The notes: generated by a model not told the origin, from the sequence alone. 64,000 nucleotides of DNA from Bacillota bacterium (GCA_023410025.1 JAEYQM010000030.1:6420-70419); one strand, 5' to 3'. Counted from the first letter of the stretch, positions 18,757-28,479 are shown. Numbers and translations: made by a program.

Positions 18757-18879
18757 AACATTGCACTCATTTTAGTGTATCCACTAAAACTCCCTCCTTT
18801 CTAATTATATTTTAACATCTTTTATTTAAAAAATAAACATTTTTTTGTTATATTTTTTATATTTATGTCGTTTTCATTT

Positions 18880-18913
18880 GTTTTCAAAAGGTAGCAATAA
18901 TGCTACCTTTTGA
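18880..18913. terminator. bidirectional terminator downstream of the opp operon
   Basis: A perfect palindrome, ggtagca-ttat-tgctacc, with flanking A and T runs. Confidence 0.65.
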
Positions 18914-19111
18914 TTATAATTGAAACATTAACCAAAGTAAACCGAAAATAATGCCTAAAACTAATAAAACTCTTGGTAAAAGTTGAATGAATAAGGCTAT
19001 TCCCAAGGCAGCTAGGTCTTTTTTTGTTGGAGGATTCTCACGCAATTGTTGAGCGATTTTTTCCTCCTCCTCTTTAGTAAGAGGTTTATACGATATCTTT
19101 TGTTTCTTCAT
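18914..19111 (-). CDS. possible small membrane protein of about 65 aa that overlaps the oppF 3' end
   Basis: ATG at 19111. It has a charged N-terminus and one C-terminal TM helix (LAALGIALFIQLLPRVLLVLGIIFGLLWLMF). I see no clear RBS. It lies between the oppF stop and the terminator. Confidence 0.25.
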   Translation of the reverse strand: MKKQKISYKPLTKEEEEKIAQQLRENPPTKKDLAALGIALFIQLLPRVLLVLGIIFGLLWLMFQL

Positions 19112-20906
19112 AGAAATGACAAGCCACTTGATGACCTGGAGATACTTCGCGTAATTCCGGTTTCTTTTGAGCACATATTTCACGAGCTATTGGACATCTT
19201 GTTCTAAATTTACATCCTGAAGGAGGATTAATATTTGATGGAATATCTCCCTTAAGAATGATTCTTTCCTTCTTATCTTGAGTAGTAGTTGGAATAGCGG
19301 AAATTAGTGATTTAGAATAAGGGTGTAGCGGATTTTCATATAATTCATCTGATGCACTCAATTCTACTAAATCTCCTAAATACATTACCCCAATACGATC
19401 ACTTACATGCTTAATAACACTTAAGTCATGTGAAATGAATAGATATGTTAATTCGCTATCTTCTTTAAGATCTTGAAGTAAGTTTAAGATTTGTGATTGA
19501 ATAGACACGTCAAGGGCACTAACAGATTCATCACACACAACAAATTCAGGTTGTAATGCAAGAGCTCTTGCAATAACGATTCTTTGTCTTTGTCCTCCTG
19601 AGAATTGGTGTGGATATCTATGGATCATATAATGGTCAAGACCACATTTAGCCATGATATTAACAACATATTCTTCAAGTTCTTTAGAGCCTTTAGGAAA
19701 TAATCCGTGTTCAACAACAGCTTCACTGATTGCTTGACCAACAGTCATTCTAGGGTCTAATGATGAATATGGATCTTGGAAAATCATTTGCATTCTTTGA
19801 CGAAGTCCACGAATTTCATGTTTATTTAATTTTTCTAAGTTAATTGCATACTCACGATTTTTTTCCATCTTGTCTTGATAATCTGGATCTAAACATCTTT
19901 CAGTGATTGGAAGAACTTCTTTGCGTTTATATGAATCAAGTTGTTTTTTAATTTCAACTGATTTTTTATTTAATGCATCAACTTCTTGTTCAATACCTTT
20001 AATTTCTTGTGGTAATGCTTTAACCTTATTTTGTAATTTATTAAGTTTTGCAGTTTCTGAATTATATTTTTGAAGTAATTCTTTTATCTTCTTAAATTCT
20101 TCACCGTTAACTTTTTGACCTACAATATCAATCAAATTTTGATCATTTAAACTAATGTTGATATGATTATCTTTTAAAGCATTATTCGCTTTAATCTTTA
20201 AATCAGCAACTTCAGCTTCTACTTTTAAAATGTCGCTCTTCGCTCTATCTAATTCTTTTCTTGCTAAATGAGCTTCTTTTTTAGTTTTATAAAGTTCTCT
20301 TGAATTTAATTCATCTTCACGCATTAGTTTAGAAATTGTTGGTAAATCTTTTTCAAGAATAAATTCACCAGCTGTTCTACTACCTTCACGTAATTGACGA
20401 GAGGCTTCTTTCTTTAATTCTTTTGATTTTTCTTCTAATCTTACAAGTTTATTTTTTAGACTTTCATATGTCTTTTTATTTTTTTCATCAGTAAGACTAT
20501 TGCTTGATTCAAAAGTTTTTAATTCTTGTTTTAAAGCTTCAACTTTTTGATCAACTAGTAAAGATTTATCATATGAATTTTTAGCATCGCTTTGATATTT
20601 AACTAATTTATCAATTTCTTTAAGAACATATTGAGGATTAAATTCATGTAGTGGAATACCATAGTATAATGCACTACCACTTGTTGGCTTGTATAGTTGA
20701 AGGATTGTTCTACCTAAAGTTGATTTCCCACAACCACTTTCACCAACTAATCCAAATGTTTCACCTTTATAGATTGTGAAGCTGACATCTTCATTAGCGC
20801 GAACATTAAATTGTTTTCTTTGAAAAATATTCTTTTTCTTTAGAGGGAAGAATTTCTTAAGCTTTCTTATCTCAATTAATGGTTCTTTTTTATTCATGTC
20901 TTTCAC
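19086..20906 (-). CDS. oppF: oligopeptide ABC transporter ATP-binding protein OppF, with a coiled-coil insertion of about 280 aa
   Basis: Walker A GESGCGKST lies at the N-terminus. The signature, Walker B and the oligopeptide C-terminal domain resume after about residue 365. The sequence in between is Lys/Glu/Leu-rich heptad-like coiled coil. Confidence 0.9.
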   Translation of the reverse strand: MKDMNKKEPLIEIRKLKKFFPLKKKNIFQRKQFNVRANEDVSFTIYKGETFGLVGESGCGKSTLGRTILQLYKPTSGSALYYGIPLHEFNPQYVLKEIDKLVKYQSDAKNSYDKSLLVDQKVEALKQELKTFESSNSLTDEKNKKTYESLKNKLVRLEEKSKELKKEASRQLREGSRTAGEFILEKDLPTISKLMREDELNSRELYKTKKEAHLARKELDRAKSDILKVEAEVADLKIKANNALKDNHINISLNDQNLIDIVGQKVNGEEFKKIKELLQKYNSETAKLNKLQNKVKALPQEIKGIEQEVDALNKKSVEIKKQLDSYKRKEVLPITERCLDPDYQDKMEKNREYAINLEKLNKHEIRGLRQRMQMIFQDPYSSLDPRMTVGQAISEAVVEHGLFPKGSKELEEYVVNIMAKCGLDHYMIHRYPHQFSGGQRQRIVIARALALQPEFVVCDESVSALDVSIQSQILNLLQDLKEDSELTYLFISHDLSVIKHVSDRIGVMYLGDLVELSASDELYENPLHPYSKSLISAIPTTTQDKKERIILKGDIPSNINPPSGCKFRTRCPIAREICAQKKPELREVSPGHQVACHFYEETKDIV

Positions 20907-21876
20907 CTCTCTTAGGATATAAACATCTGATGAAATGTCCTGGTTCTACTTCAAAAGCAGGGATTTCTTTTTCTCTACATTTGTCTGTTGCGTATTTACA
21001 TCTAGGTGCAAACTTACATCCAACTGGTAAATCTAGTGGATGAGGAACAGATCCTGGGATCGCATCAAGTTTACCTTTAGGGCTATCTAATCTTGGAATA
21101 GATGTCATTAAACCTTCTGTATATGGATGTGAGTAAACTGTATTATCATCAAAAATTGTTTTTGATGAAGCACGTTCAACTACTTGACCACAATACATAA
21201 CGGCAACATCGTCAGCCATTTCATTAATAACACCCAAGTCATGTGTAACGAATAAAATCGCAGTACCATATTCTTTCTTTAAGTCATTCATCAATTTTAA
21301 AATTTGGGCTTGAATAGTTACATCAAGTGCTGTTGTTGGTTCATCCGCTATTAATAATTTAGGACGACATGCAAGAGCAATTGCAATCATAACTCTTTGA
21401 CTCATTCCTCCTGAAAGTTGGAATGAATATTGATAGAATATTTTATCTGGGTTAGATATACCAACATCTTTTAATAATTCTATCGCTCTTTGTGTAGCTT
21501 CTTCTTGTGTTAAATTTTGGTGAAGCATTAATACTTCAGTAATTTGACGACCTACTTTAAATACTGGATTTAAACTAGTCATTGGTTCTTGGAATATAAC
21601 AGAAATTTTATTACCTCTGATTTTTCTAAGTTCATCTTGTGTTAACTTAGAAATTACTTCACCTTGAAATACTATTTCACCTTGATGAATTTTTTGGTTT
21701 TCTTCAAATAATTGTAGAATTGACATGGCAGTAACACTCTTACCAGAACCACTTTCCCCTACAAGTCCTAAAGTTTTACCTTCTTCAATATTGAATGAAA
21801 CACCGTTAGCAGCTTTAATAATTCCTTTTTTTGTTGTGAAATACGTGTGTAAATCTTTAATTTCTAATAAACTCAT
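20890..21876 (-). CDS. oppD: oligopeptide ABC transporter ATP-binding protein OppD
   Basis: GESGSGKS, LSGGMSQR and the OppD C-terminal Cys motif. Confidence 0.9.
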   Translation of the reverse strand: MSLLEIKDLHTYFTTKKGIIKAANGVSFNIEEGKTLGLVGESGSGKSVTAMSILQLFEENQKIHQGEIVFQGEVISKLTQDELRKIRGNKISVIFQEPMTSLNPVFKVGRQITEVLMLHQNLTQEEATQRAIELLKDVGISNPDKIFYQYSFQLSGGMSQRVMIAIALACRPKLLIADEPTTALDVTIQAQILKLMNDLKKEYGTAILFVTHDLGVINEMADDVAVMYCGQVVERASSKTIFDDNTVYSHPYTEGLMTSIPRLDSPKGKLDAIPGSVPHPLDLPVGCKFAPRCKYATDKCREKEIPAFEVEPGHFIRCLYPKRGERHE

Positions 21877-21885
21877 ATTTACACC

Positions 21886-24141
21886 TTACCTTTCATTAGA
21901 TTTTGGATCCATTGCGTCTCTTAATCCGTCACCAACTAAGTTAATACTCAAGGCAGTCATAATTAAGAATGCTGCAGGAATAATCCACATCCACCAATAA
22001 TCTTTTAATACTTCAACTTTTTGGGCTCCTGTTAGCAAGTTACCCCATGAAGGATTAGGAAGTTTAACACCAAAACCTAAATATGATAATCCTGCTTCAG
22101 TTAATAATGTACCAGCATATGATAAAGTTGTACTAACGATAACTACGTTAATAACGTTAGGTAAAATATGTCTAGTAATTATATGTTTTTCTTTAATTCC
22201 TAGAGCCTTTGCAGCTGTTACGAAATCTTTTTCACGTTCTGCTAGTATTTGACCTCTAACTAAACGAGCTAGCCCTGGCCAACTTAGGAACCCTAAGATA
22301 ACCATGATCATATAAATTCTTACATTTTCTGAAATTTTGTCATTTTCTTGAACGATTACAGCAAGTGTCATCGCAAGTGGTAAGAATGGGAATGAGTTTA
22401 CTATTTCTCCAATTCTCATTAATACATTGTCAATCCATCCACCGTAGAATCCTGAAACTAGACCAATTATTAGTCCAATTGTAAGAGAAACTAATACAGC
22501 TACAGCAGCAGATGTAAGTGTAATTTTACCACCATTAATAACTCTCTTAAATATATCAGCACCATTTAAATCAGTACCGAATAGGTAACCCTTATTACCC
22601 CAAATTGATACTTTACCATCTTTAGATACAGATAGGGAGTTAAAGTAATTAGATGTAATAAAATTAGAGTCACTTAAATTTTTAGGTAAATTCAATTGAT
22701 TTAAATCGTTTGAATAACCCCATGTATACACATTTCCTTTGTCATCTAATGCAACAATGTGATATGTACCAGTAGCTAATTGAACAATATTTGCTCTTTG
22801 AACATCTAGAGGAATATCAATAATTGTGTTAGATGCATTATGTTCACCCCAACCAATGATTTTGCCATCATCTTTTAATGCAAATCCATTAGCTTTAGTA
22901 AGTACGATTTGTTTAATTGAATATCCTTTATCGGCATCACTTTTCTTTAATTCGTCAGTCATACGTTTTGCAGTACCATCAAGACCAACAACTTCTGTTG
23001 ATCCGTTACTTAATGTATAAACTATATTAAAGTCATATGCTTGAATATCAACAATCTTATCAAGTTGAACATCCGCAAGTAATTCACTATTATTAATTAA
23101 ATCTTGATATTCTGAATCTGCTTGAGATGCATATTTCCATTGAAGTCTAGTTGAACGAGATCTAAATACAATTGGGTCTCCCTCAACAACAGTTAATCCT
23201 GTATCAGAAATTAATTGATCAAATGACTTTAAATCTCTTAATACAGTTCCTCCTGTATATCTCCATTGAATCATCTTTGTTGTATTATTTACAACTATAA
23301 ATGGAGTAGCAAAGTTATAACTATTTTGAGATTCACTTAATCCAGAAGATTTTGTAGAACCCCAAGTAAATACATAACCTTTTGATGTTAAAATTGAAGT
23401 GTATTCATATCCAGTAGCAACCTTAACAATTGGGTCAGTTTCAATTGTTGAAACACCAAAGGCTGCATATTGTGTTCTGACACTTGAATCAAAATAGTAT
23501 TGAATAGTTTTTTTATGTTGTCCAAATGTTTGGTCAAGTTCATCATTATATTCTGGAGTTGAAGCTTGTTCAAAGTTATTTCTTCCCCAACCAACTAATT
23601 TTCCACCTTTTGTTAATCCAACAACATGTGATGATCCAACAGATAATTGAACAATATCAGCAGCTTGTTGTTGAATTTCTGCAGGGACTTTTTTAATATC
23701 ACTTATGTTTGAGCCCCATACATATATTTTATTATTATTTCCTATTGCAACAGAGAAAGCAACCCCGTTTCCAATAAGATAATTTTTGTTTCCTTCGCCA
23801 TCAACTACAGATTTTACACCAGTCTTTTTTAAACCACTTGGTACATCTAAATAGTTAAGTCCTGGTTGAAGAGCAATTTGAGATGCTTCTTTATCAGCAG
23901 GATTAAAAGGTAATGTGTTAGAACCAATTACAACAAATAATACTACTAGAATAAAAATTCCCAACCCAATAATTGCAAGTCTATTATGAATAAACTTCTT
24001 AAATATTTGCTTACCTGGACCCATTAATTCTTCTTCTTTAAGAATATTTCTTTCTTTAGCTTTACCAAATCCAAACAAGAAAACAAACAGATTTTTTATA
24101 GATTTCCAAATTTGCATAAAAATATTTTTCACTTTTTCCAT
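21886..24141 (-). CDS. oppC: oligopeptide ABC transporter permease OppC with an extracytoplasmic RCC1-like repeat insertion of about 450 aa
   Basis: TM1 is followed by repeated ..G..H..AL...G.VY.WG.N motifs (YVWGSN, LVGWGRNNFEQ, VFTWGST, IIGWGEHN, VYTWGYSNDLNQL, VSIWGNKG). The conserved BPD_transp_1 permease core follows from about residue 540. The start is probably the ATG at 24141, which has an aggtgg RBS. Confidence 0.85.
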   Translation of the reverse strand: MEKVKNIFMQIWKSIKNLFVFLFGFGKAKERNILKEEELMGPGKQIFKKFIHNRLAIIGLGIFILVVLFVVIGSNTLPFNPADKEASQIALQPGLNYLDVPSGLKKTGVKSVVDGEGNKNYLIGNGVAFSVAIGNNNKIYVWGSNISDIKKVPAEIQQQAADIVQLSVGSSHVVGLTKGGKLVGWGRNNFEQASTPEYNDELDQTFGQHKKTIQYYFDSSVRTQYAAFGVSTIETDPIVKVATGYEYTSILTSKGYVFTWGSTKSSGLSESQNSYNFATPFIVVNNTTKMIQWRYTGGTVLRDLKSFDQLISDTGLTVVEGDPIVFRSRSTRLQWKYASQADSEYQDLINNSELLADVQLDKIVDIQAYDFNIVYTLSNGSTEVVGLDGTAKRMTDELKKSDADKGYSIKQIVLTKANGFALKDDGKIIGWGEHNASNTIIDIPLDVQRANIVQLATGTYHIVALDDKGNVYTWGYSNDLNQLNLPKNLSDSNFITSNYFNSLSVSKDGKVSIWGNKGYLFGTDLNGADIFKRVINGGKITLTSAAVAVLVSLTIGLIIGLVSGFYGGWIDNVLMRIGEIVNSFPFLPLAMTLAVIVQENDKISENVRIYMIMVILGFLSWPGLARLVRGQILAEREKDFVTAAKALGIKEKHIITRHILPNVINVVIVSTTLSYAGTLLTEAGLSYLGFGVKLPNPSWGNLLTGAQKVEVLKDYWWMWIIPAAFLIMTALSINLVGDGLRDAMDPKSNER

Positions 24142-24150
24142 ACATACCAC

Positions 24151-25152
24151 CTAATCCAATTTAACTCTAGGATCTACTAAAGCATATGAAATATCCATAA
24201 TTACGTTTGCAAGTAATGCAAGTAGTGCATAGAATAAATTCATTGTAAGAACAATATTATAATCACGGTCTTGTAAGGCTTTAATCAATACGCTTCCTAT
24301 ACCGTTAATAGCAAATACACTCTCAGTAATTGATGATCCACCAAAGATTCCTACTAAACTACCAGCAACAATTGTAACTACTGGGATTAATGCATTTCTA
24401 AATGCATGTGAGTAAATAACTACTTTTTCTCTTAAACCTTTTGCTCTTGCAGTTCTAATATAATCTTTCTTTAGAACTTCAATCATAGCATTTCTTACAT
24501 ATCTAATAGTACCAGCTAAACTTCCGATTGTTAATGTAATAATCGGTAATGTTAAGTGACTAATCCATCTCCATATATTCTCAAAAAATCCTCCCCCACT
24601 TTGAACTGCTGGTAATCCACCAAATTCAAAAATACCTAATGTTATAGGGAATAGGAAAATTAAACTTAACCCAATAAAGAATGTTGGCATTGACATAAAT
24701 ACAAGTGAGCTTACTTGCCAGAAGTTATCATATAGTGAGAACCTCTTTAAAGCAGACTTAATACCTGCAATTATTGCAATAGTAAACGAGAGCACTAAAG
24801 ATATTATGTTAATCAGTATAGATATCTTGAGCGGCTCTTTGATTACATCTTTTACTTCTTTATCGTAAACAGTAGAATAACCAAAATCTAAACTTAAAGT
24901 TCTTCCCATCCACTTGAAGTATCTTACTACTAAGCCATCATTTAAACCTAATTCTTCACGTTTTTCGGCTTTAAATTCTTCTAATCTTTTTGCTCCTTCT
25001 TCACCTTTAAATTCAGGTAATCCATATAAATGTGAGTAAGCTAAGTCAACTGGATCTCCAGGAACACTAACTACAATCACAAATAAAATTATTGAAATTA
25101 TAAAAGCAACAGGAATTAAAGATAATATTCTTTTTAATAAATATTTCCCCAT
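24151..25152 (-). CDS. oppB: oligopeptide ABC transporter permease OppB
   Basis: Permease core with an EAA-like loop. The start is set at the ATG at 25152, which has a GGAGG RBS. Confidence 0.9.
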   Translation of the reverse strand: MGKYLLKRILSLIPVAFIISIILFVIVVSVPGDPVDLAYSHLYGLPEFKGEEGAKRLEEFKAEKREELGLNDGLVVRYFKWMGRTLSLDFGYSTVYDKEVKDVIKEPLKISILINIISLVLSFTIAIIAGIKSALKRFSLYDNFWQVSSLVFMSMPTFFIGLSLIFLFPITLGIFEFGGLPAVQSGGGFFENIWRWISHLTLPIITLTIGSLAGTIRYVRNAMIEVLKKDYIRTARAKGLREKVVIYSHAFRNALIPVVTIVAGSLVGIFGGSSITESVFAINGIGSVLIKALQDRDYNIVLTMNLFYALLALLANVIMDISYALVDPRVKLD

Positions 25153-25180
25153 AAAATATACCTCCATTTAATTTGATATC

Positions 25181-25237
25181 TTGTTATTTCTATAATTTTA
25201 TTATGTCCATAAAAGCATAGAAATAATAAGATATCAA
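25181..25237. repeat. 19-bp near-perfect inverted repeat in the oppA-oppB intergenic region
   Basis: atatcttgttatttctata and catagaaataataagatat match at 18 of 19 positions and are separated by 19 nt. Confidence 0.5.
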
Positions 25238-25321
25238 TAATTTTCTTTAATATAAAAAATTATCTAGTCTTATTATTATAGCATAAAAAGTCAATATAAT
25301 CAATTGCTTTTTAGAAATAAA

Positions 25322-25352
25322 GGGAGAGAGCTACCTCTCCCCCTAAAGGATT
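25322..25352 (-). terminator. terminator or attenuator after oppA
   Basis: On the minus strand, gggagag-gtagc-tctctccc is followed by TTTATTTCT. Confidence 0.5.
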
Positions 25353-25354
25353 TT

Positions 25355-27205
25355 TTACTTAATTTTTAAGTCGCAGATGTCATCTGACCAACCCCATACA
25401 GGAGTAGTCTTTAATCCACTTACTCTAGAATTGTAAACATCAAAGTATTCATTCGAATAAATTGGTAATGTTGGTAATAAATCATTCCATACAATTGCAA
25501 ATTCAACGAATAATTCTTTAAATTCTTCTTTTGCTGTTGGAACAAGTTTTTGCATTTTTTCCATGATTACGTCTAATTCAGCATTTTGTAATTGACTTGG
25601 GTTGTTAGTTGTTCCAGCTAAACTAGAATGCCATGACCAATATGGATCGTAATCTGAATAGAATGCAGTTGCTAGGTTGAATGAATGATATTTTCTATTT
25701 TCTCCTAGAGTTGGTCCATAGTAGTAGTTAGTTAATAATGTATCGAAATCAGCTTCAGTTACACTTGCTTTAATACCAGCTTTCCATGCGTTGGCTACTA
25801 ATTGAGTATTAATTAATGTTGTAACATTATTTTCAGAACTTCCCATATGGTTATATTCAAGAACTTCTTTTTTAGCATTGTGACGGAAGTAATTTCCTTT
25901 TTCAGAAACTTTAGAAGGATCAAATAATGTTGTTCCGTCTGCTTCATATTTATAAGATGATTTAGCTAATAATTCGTTAGCTTTTTGAACGTCTAATACA
26001 TAGTTGTTTAATACGCCATCTAATTCAGCTTTAGTTTCTTTATAGAACCACATAGCTTCACCGAATGGACCATTAACTAATGTTCCGTATCCACCAAGAA
26101 TTTGAGTTAAGAACTCATTACGGTCAAATAAGTAACCGATAGCTTGACGAACTTCTTTTTCAGCTGTTGGACCAAAGTCTGTTTGGAATGCAATCATACC
26201 ATAACCATTACGAGCATATGATACAACTCCAGTGCTTTTAGCTTTTTTAGCAGCTTCAATCTTAGCACCTTCAACAACACCTTCAACGATGTCTACTGAA
26301 CCAGCAATTACTTGATCAACGTCAGTAACTTGGTTGATTTTCTTAACTTGAACTTCATCAATTGTAGGTTTCTTTCCTTCATAGTTTCCTTTGAAGTGTG
26401 GATTTAATTCTACAGTTGCGATATCTCTAATAAAGTTAACAAATTGGTATGGACCAGATGTTACAGTTGGTTTATATCTTTGACCAACAGCAGGATTGTT
26501 AACAGTTGTAGCAATTGTTGAAGCAATTGTTGCACTTGCAGATGCATCAGCTTTTTTAGCAATAAAAGCACCTTGACCATTATCTTTTACTTCAAATCCA
26601 GGTAAGTATGTTTCAACATCAGTTGGACTTGTAGAAACCATTGTAGTTTCATAGAAGTATGGTAAGTTTTCAGCTAAAATTGTTAATTCAAAAGTAAATT
26701 TTCCAGTTAATCTTACGCCAGGGAATGGAACGTTTAATGCAGTTGCAGCATTAGTAAAATCGTTAAATCCTACTAAGTAGTAACCAGCATTTGCTGATGT
26801 AGCAATTGTTTTCCAATCTTTTGCAGAACGTAATAATAATGTTAAAACGAAATCTTCAGCAGTGATTAATTCACCGTTATTCCATTTTAAATCTTCTTGT
26901 AATTGGAATTTGTATGTTTTATTTCCTTGAGAATCTACAGATGTTGTAGGTTCTCCTTTTAATACGATCTTAGTGTCCCAAACAAATTCACCAAATTCAG
27001 TTTCAACTAATGTTCCATAACCATGAACTAGGTCACGGATTGAAACGTCATATGAACTGCTTCCGAATCCGACAATAAAGTCACCTGAAAGACCTGGTGT
27101 ACCAACTACTAATGTAGTTTTCTTATTTCCTCCACCACAGCCAACAAGGGCAACCATTGCAAGAGCGAAGACAGCTAATGTGAATAATTTCTTAAATAAT
27201 CTCAT
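25355..27205 (-). CDS. oppA: oligopeptide-binding lipoprotein OppA (SBP family 5)
   Basis: 616 aa. It has a signal peptide with the lipobox ALVGCGG and an SBP_bac_5 fold. Confidence 0.9.
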   Translation of the reverse strand: MRLFKKLFTLAVFALAMVALVGCGGGNKKTTLVVGTPGLSGDFIVGFGSSSYDVSIRDLVHGYGTLVETEFGEFVWDTKIVLKGEPTTSVDSQGNKTYKFQLQEDLKWNNGELITAEDFVLTLLLRSAKDWKTIATSANAGYYLVGFNDFTNAATALNVPFPGVRLTGKFTFELTILAENLPYFYETTMVSTSPTDVETYLPGFEVKDNGQGAFIAKKADASASATIASTIATTVNNPAVGQRYKPTVTSGPYQFVNFIRDIATVELNPHFKGNYEGKKPTIDEVQVKKINQVTDVDQVIAGSVDIVEGVVEGAKIEAAKKAKSTGVVSYARNGYGMIAFQTDFGPTAEKEVRQAIGYLFDRNEFLTQILGGYGTLVNGPFGEAMWFYKETKAELDGVLNNYVLDVQKANELLAKSSYKYEADGTTLFDPSKVSEKGNYFRHNAKKEVLEYNHMGSSENNVTTLINTQLVANAWKAGIKASVTEADFDTLLTNYYYGPTLGENRKYHSFNLATAFYSDYDPYWSWHSSLAGTTNNPSQLQNAELDVIMEKMQKLVPTAKEEFKELFVEFAIVWNDLLPTLPIYSNEYFDVYNSRVSGLKTTPVWGWSDDICDLKIK

Positions 27206-27360
27206 TTCTCTTCCTCCAAATCATTTAATAATAACACGATTACGTGTATGGATTAATTATACACTATTACAATGTTAAGTCAATATATTTTATTAAAAAA
27301 AATTAATGTAAACGTTTGATTTTTTAATTTTACCCCTTTAACCCCCTTTTTTTAATTTTA

Positions 27361-27374
27361 TAAAACGCTTACAT
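27361..27374. promoter_or_regulatory. cre-like site (candidate CcpA operator) in the oppA/trpS divergent region
   Basis: TAAAACGCTTACAT matches the cre consensus TGWAANCGNTNWCA at 13 of 14 positions. A partner half, ATGTAAACGTTTGA, lies at 27305-27318. Confidence 0.3.
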
Positions 27375-27420
27375 TACGCTTTTTAAAAAATTGCTAGAAT
27401 TTTGTAAGTTATTAAATTTC

Positions 27421-27449
27421 TTGATTTTTATTAAAAAAAAGTTATAATA
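27421..27449 (+). promoter_or_regulatory. sigma-A type promoter for trpS
   Basis: TTGATT, a spacer of about 17 nt, then TATAAT, about 35 nt before the trpS ATG. Confidence 0.45.
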
Positions 27450-27483
27450 TACTTATTGAATTATATTCATAAGGAGCGAAATT

Positions 27484-28479
27484 ATGAAAATTGTACTATC
27501 TGGAGTTAAACCTACTGGGGTTCCAACTCTTGGAAATTATCTTGGAGCCCTAAAAAACTTTGTTAAGTTGCAAAACCAAATGAAGGATCACGAATTCTTT
27601 ATTTTTGTTGCTGACCTTCACGCTATAACAGTCCCACAAGACCCAAAGGAATTGGAAGAAAATATTAAAAATGTTGCCGCTTTATATATGGCATGTGGAC
27701 TTGATACAGATAACTTAACATTATTTATCCAATCTGAAGTTCATGAACACGCTGAAATCGGTTATGTAATGCAATCTTTAGCATATATGGGTGAACTTGA
27801 AAGAATGACTCAATATAAAGAGAAATCACAAAAACAAGTAAGTGGTGTTACTTCTGCTTTATTTACATACCCTACATTAATGGCAGGAGACATCTTATTA
27901 TATAATACAAATTATGTACCTGTTGGTGATGATCAAGTGCAACATCTTGAAATAACACGTGATCTTGCAACACGTTTCAACAATCGTTATGGAAATCATT
28001 TTATTATCCCTGAAGCATTAGTTAATAAAACAGCTGCAAGAATCATGGATCTACAAAACCCTACCAAGAAAATGGATAAATCAGCAGAAAACCCAAAAGG
28101 ATGTATTTTCTTACTTGAACCTATTGAAAGTATTCGAAAGAAAATTAAATCAGCAGTTACAGATACTGAAGGAAAAATTTATTATAACAAAGAAACAAAA
28201 CCAGGAATTAGCAATCTAATGACAATTTATTCAGCCATCACAGGTTTATCATTTGATGAAATAACTGCAAAATATGAGGGTTCAGGTTATGGTAAATTTA
28301 AAGAAGAACTTGCTGAAATAGTATGCGAAGAAATCCTAAAAGTTCAAGAAGGATATAAAAAATGGTATGGTTCTGAGGAACTAAATCAACTATTAAACGA
28401 AGGACAAGCAAGAGCATCAATGGTTGCTAGAAACAATCTAAGAAAAATATATACAAAAATGGGTCTACAAAGAAAGTAA
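27484..28479 (+). CDS. trpS: tryptophan--tRNA ligase
   Basis: 331 aa with the class I HIGH-like TLGNYLG and KMSKS-like KMDKS motifs. Confidence 0.95.
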   Translation: MKIVLSGVKPTGVPTLGNYLGALKNFVKLQNQMKDHEFFIFVADLHAITVPQDPKELEENIKNVAALYMACGLDTDNLTLFIQSEVHEHAEIGYVMQSLAYMGELERMTQYKEKSQKQVSGVTSALFTYPTLMAGDILLYNTNYVPVGDDQVQHLEITRDLATRFNNRYGNHFIIPEALVNKTAARIMDLQNPTKKMDKSAENPKGCIFLLEPIESIRKKIKSAVTDTEGKIYYNKETKPGISNLMTIYSAITGLSFDEITAKYEGSGYGKFKEELAEIVCEEILKVQEGYKKWYGSEELNQLLNEGQARASMVARNNLRKIYTKMGLQRK

